From Barthelona sp. PAP020 (taxonomy: Eukaryota): a stretch of DNA of 20,000 nt. Location of the stretch: contig JARQWU010000026.1 of NCBI GenBank assembly GCA_040182905.1, forward strand, positions 48,924 through 68,923, in the 5' to 3' direction. Position 1 is the stretch's first letter. The number at the start of each line of letters is the position of its first letter. Below are positions 17,665 through 20,000 of the stretch, piece after piece. The translations under genes and the position numbers were made by a program. Under the pieces are notes generated by a model that saw only the letters and a program-made list of their open reading frames with translations, had not been told where the DNA came from and made no database searches.

Positions 17665-18951
17665 ATGAAACGTTATAGAAAACTTGATACGATAGGTGAC
17701 GGTTCATATGGTACTGTTATGAAAGCTGTCAATTCCGGCAATGGTGAATTGGTTGCAATCAAGAAATTAAAACGAAAATTTTATTCGTGGGATGAATGTA
17801 CACAACTAAGAGAAGTTAAATCTTTGATGAAATTAAATCATCCAAACATCGTTAAACTAAAAGAGGTCATTCGTCAAAGTGATGAGCTTTTTTTAGTTTT
17901 TGAATATATGGAGGGTAATTTGTATCATATCTTAAAAAATCGAGACACACTTTTACCAGAATCACAAATTCGTAATTACATGTACCAAATGCTGCAGGGC
18001 TTGGCTTACATGCATAGATATGGGTTTTTTCATCGAGATATGAAGCCTGAAAATGTGCTAACTGCCGAATCATTTTGTAAGTTAGCTGATTTTGGTTTGG
18101 CCCGTGAAATTAGGTCTAGACCTCCTTATACCGAGTATGTATCTACAAGATGGTATAGAGCACCTGAAGTGCTTTTGAGAAGCCCTCACTATAGCAGTCC
18201 TGTTGATATATGGGCGTTAGGACCTATGATGGCAGAAATGTACATGTTAAGACCTTTATTCCCTGGAAGTTCTGAAATAGACACTTTGTACCGTATTTGC
18301 AATATTTTGGGGCCTCCTACAAATAAATCATGGCCGGAAGGATTGAAATTAGCGCAAAACATTGGATTTTCTTATCCATCAACATCACCTACTGATCTAG
18401 CAAGCATTTGTAAGAATGCTAGCACGGAAGCAATTGAATTAATGATGGATATGATGCATTACGATCCTGCTAAAAGACCCACTGCTTCTCAATGTTTGCA
18501 ATATCCTTACTTCACCAAACACTTAAAAGTTCCAAGAGGATTGAATCCCACTTCTGGACAAAAACATCAATCTTCCAATTCTTTGGAAAATATTCCTCGA
18601 TTAGCTCCTCTTACAACACCCAAAAGTTCTTTATCAAAACAAAAAAGCTCAAATTCAAGATTGAATCCTCCTTCTTCCAGACAAAGTTCCAGTTCTTCCA
18701 ATAGAGGTGTTGGTGGTGTGGTTTTTGGGAATAGAAGAACTTCGCCTCGAGCTTCCAATGATTCAAACAATTTACCACAATTACCTTTGATTCAAAGAAC
18801 TAGATTCAGGCCAGGTGTAAATCCAGTGGGTGATGCGAAAAATGAGGCTTCCAATGATGTTGTAAGTCGTAATTTAGGGCAAAAAAATGGTTTGCCTGCA
18901 CTGTCAAGTGGAAATAAAGCTTATTCAAGGGGAAAGTATGGAAGACACTGA
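17665..18951 (+). CDS. MAK: RCK-family (MAK/ICK-CILK1) Ser/Thr protein kinase
   Basis: [64 protein letters not shown] (TEY activation loop at 18130-18138), then a disordered S/R/N-rich tail. Confidence 0.95.
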   Translation: MKRYRKLDTIGDGSYGTVMKAVNSGNGELVAIKKLKRKFYSWDECTQLREVKSLMKLNHPNIVKLKEVIRQSDELFLVFEYMEGNLYHILKNRDTLLPESQIRNYMYQMLQGLAYMHRYGFFHRDMKPENVLTAESFCKLADFGLAREIRSRPPYTEYVSTRWYRAPEVLLRSPHYSSPVDIWALGPMMAEMYMLRPLFPGSSEIDTLYRICNILGPPTNKSWPEGLKLAQNIGFSYPSTSPTDLASICKNASTEAIELMMDMMHYDPAKRPTASQCLQYPYFTKHLKVPRGLNPTSGQKHQSSNSLENIPRLAPLTTPKSSLSKQKSSNSRLNPPSSRQSSSSSNRGVGGVVFGNRRTSPRASNDSNNLPQLPLIQRTRFRPGVNPVGDAKNEASNDVVSRNLGQKNGLPALSSGNKAYSRGKYGRH

Positions 18952-19108
18952 TTGCTTTTTTCATTTGAATTGTAAATCGAAAACATTTATTTTTGTTTTT
19001 CTATTGATTTAATTGCAATAAAAATATGCAACTTACCTATTTGCAATATTAAGGGAAATTGAAAATATTTATTCTGATAAATAACTTCTTTTTTTTTATT
19101 AAGAACAA

Positions 19109-20000
19109 ATGAAATTAGTATTCGCTGTTCAATATTATACATATCCTGGACAAAAATTATACATTTATGGATCTTCAAAAACTTTGGGTGGGTTTGATCC
19201 TGATCAAGCATTTGTCATGGAATGGCAAGAAAATGGATTGTGGATTTGTGAAATTAATGAAACTAAGCAATTTGATTTTGAATACAAATTTCTTGTTAAA
19301 TCTTCGAATGGCTCTGAAATTGAACCTGGTCCAAATCATATTTTTAAATTGAAACCTGTTGATTCTAATGAAGAAAAAGCTTTATACATTTTTGATGTTT
19401 GGGGTCGTATGGATAATAAAGAAGAAAGAATTCACAAAACTTCTCCTTTTAAAGATTGCATCTTTTCTCAAAATGAACAATTAAATCAAGAAAATAAATT
19501 AGATTACAATGCAAATGAATTGTCTCCTCGTGTTCCTGTTGGTTTTACCACTTACCTGCCTCGTCTAATCAAAAGTGATTCAATTAAGGTTTGTGGAAGT
19601 ATTGAAGACCTTGGCTGTATAAATGGACATTGGCAACCCGAATATGGATTGAAATTAAATCCTTTGGGTAATAATTATTATGGTGGTGTTATTCATTTAC
19701 CTATTGGGTCCAAATTTGAATGGAAATTGGTTATTGAAACTGAAAAAGATGGTAATATTTGGCATGAAGGATCGAACAATTTATTATCTTTGAATACTGA
19801 ATCTGTTCTCATTCAATGTGGAAGATTTGAATCTGAAGCTTATAAGGGAAGATTTAAAGGATTTGGTGTTGCTATTCCAGTATTTTCGTTACGTTCCGCT
19901 GAAGATTTTGGTGTTGGTGAATTTTTAGATTTGATTCCATTTTTAGACTATTTAAGAAAATTAGGGGGTAGAATATGTCAGATTTTACCTATTACTGACA
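19109..20000 (+). CDS. DPE2: 4-alpha-glucanotransferase DPE2-type (2x CBM20 + GH77), 3'-truncated
   Basis: Not in the ORF track because there is no stop in the window. My translation: MKLVFAVQYYTYPGQKLYIYGSSKTLGGFDP...FEYKF...DVW (CBM20), ...IKVCGSIEDLG...FEWKLV...WHEGSN (CBM20), then FKGFGVAIPVFSLRSAEDFGVGEFLDL...CQILPITD (DPE2/GH77 start). Confidence 0.92.
   Translation, partial: MKLVFAVQYYTYPGQKLYIYGSSKTLGGFDPDQAFVMEWQENGLWICEINETKQFDFEYKFLVKSSNGSEIEPGPNHIFKLKPVDSNEEKALYIFDVWGRMDNKEERIHKTSPFKDCIFSQNEQLNQENKLDYNANELSPRVPVGFTTYLPRLIKSDSIKVCGSIEDLGCINGHWQPEYGLKLNPLGNNYYGGVIHLPIGSKFEWKLVIETEKDGNIWHEGSNNLLSLNTESVLIQCGRFESEAYKGRFKGFGVAIPVFSLRSAEDFGVGEFLDLIPFLDYLRKLGGRICQILPITD

Noticed and set aside
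3369..19352. The many short (60-140 aa) ORFs in the track, e.g. 5869-6291+, 7154-7465+, 8139-8474+, 14709-15083+, 15539-15820+, 19167-19352+
   Set aside because: They are antisense or off-frame shadows of well-supported CDSs, or low-complexity spacer ORFs, with no recognisable motifs. The acidic run in 14709-15083 is simply the antisense of the poly-Ser tract.
1..20000. Alternative genetic code (TAA/TAG=Gln or TGA=Trp)
   Set aside because: Thousands of codons read through with no in-frame stop codons, conserved proteins are complete, and both TAA and TGA end genes followed by 3' signals.
1..20000. CRISPR arrays, tRNA/rRNA genes, transposons, prokaryotic defence systems
   Set aside because: No spaced direct repeats, cloverleaf or rRNA-like segments, terminal repeats, or transposase/RT motifs were seen. 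The homopolymer A/T runs are ordinary spacer features.

Overview
AT-rich, gene-dense and apparently intron-free eukaryotic DNA in the standard genetic code. The gene content (MAK/ICK kinase, SSX2IP, DENND11, plus a bacterial-type flavodoxin-ferredoxin) suggests a flagellated, probably anaerobic or microaerophilic protist; the taxon cannot be fixed from this window. There are ten protein genes: a 5'-truncated giant surface protein (IPT/TIG-like repeats, Cys-rich region, ~9 TM helices); a coiled-coil protein with a CHORD/Btk-like Zn motif; an EFR1-type flavodoxin + 2x[4Fe-4S] protein; an unknown protein with an acidic DFG-motif tail; DENND11/LCHN; a GCKR-like double-SIS protein retaining MurQ catalytic motifs; a Ser-rich protein with an NF-YA/CCT-like basic motif; SSX2IP/ADIP; a MAK/ICK kinase; and a 3'-truncated DPE2 4-alpha-glucanotransferase missed by the ORF track. 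The most notable items are the GCKR/MurQ intermediate, the likely laterally acquired redox protein, a head-to-head gene pair whose first ATGs share a CATG palindrome, and recurring 3'-end and upstream DNA motifs. All family calls come from motif recognition by eye, not from database searches.
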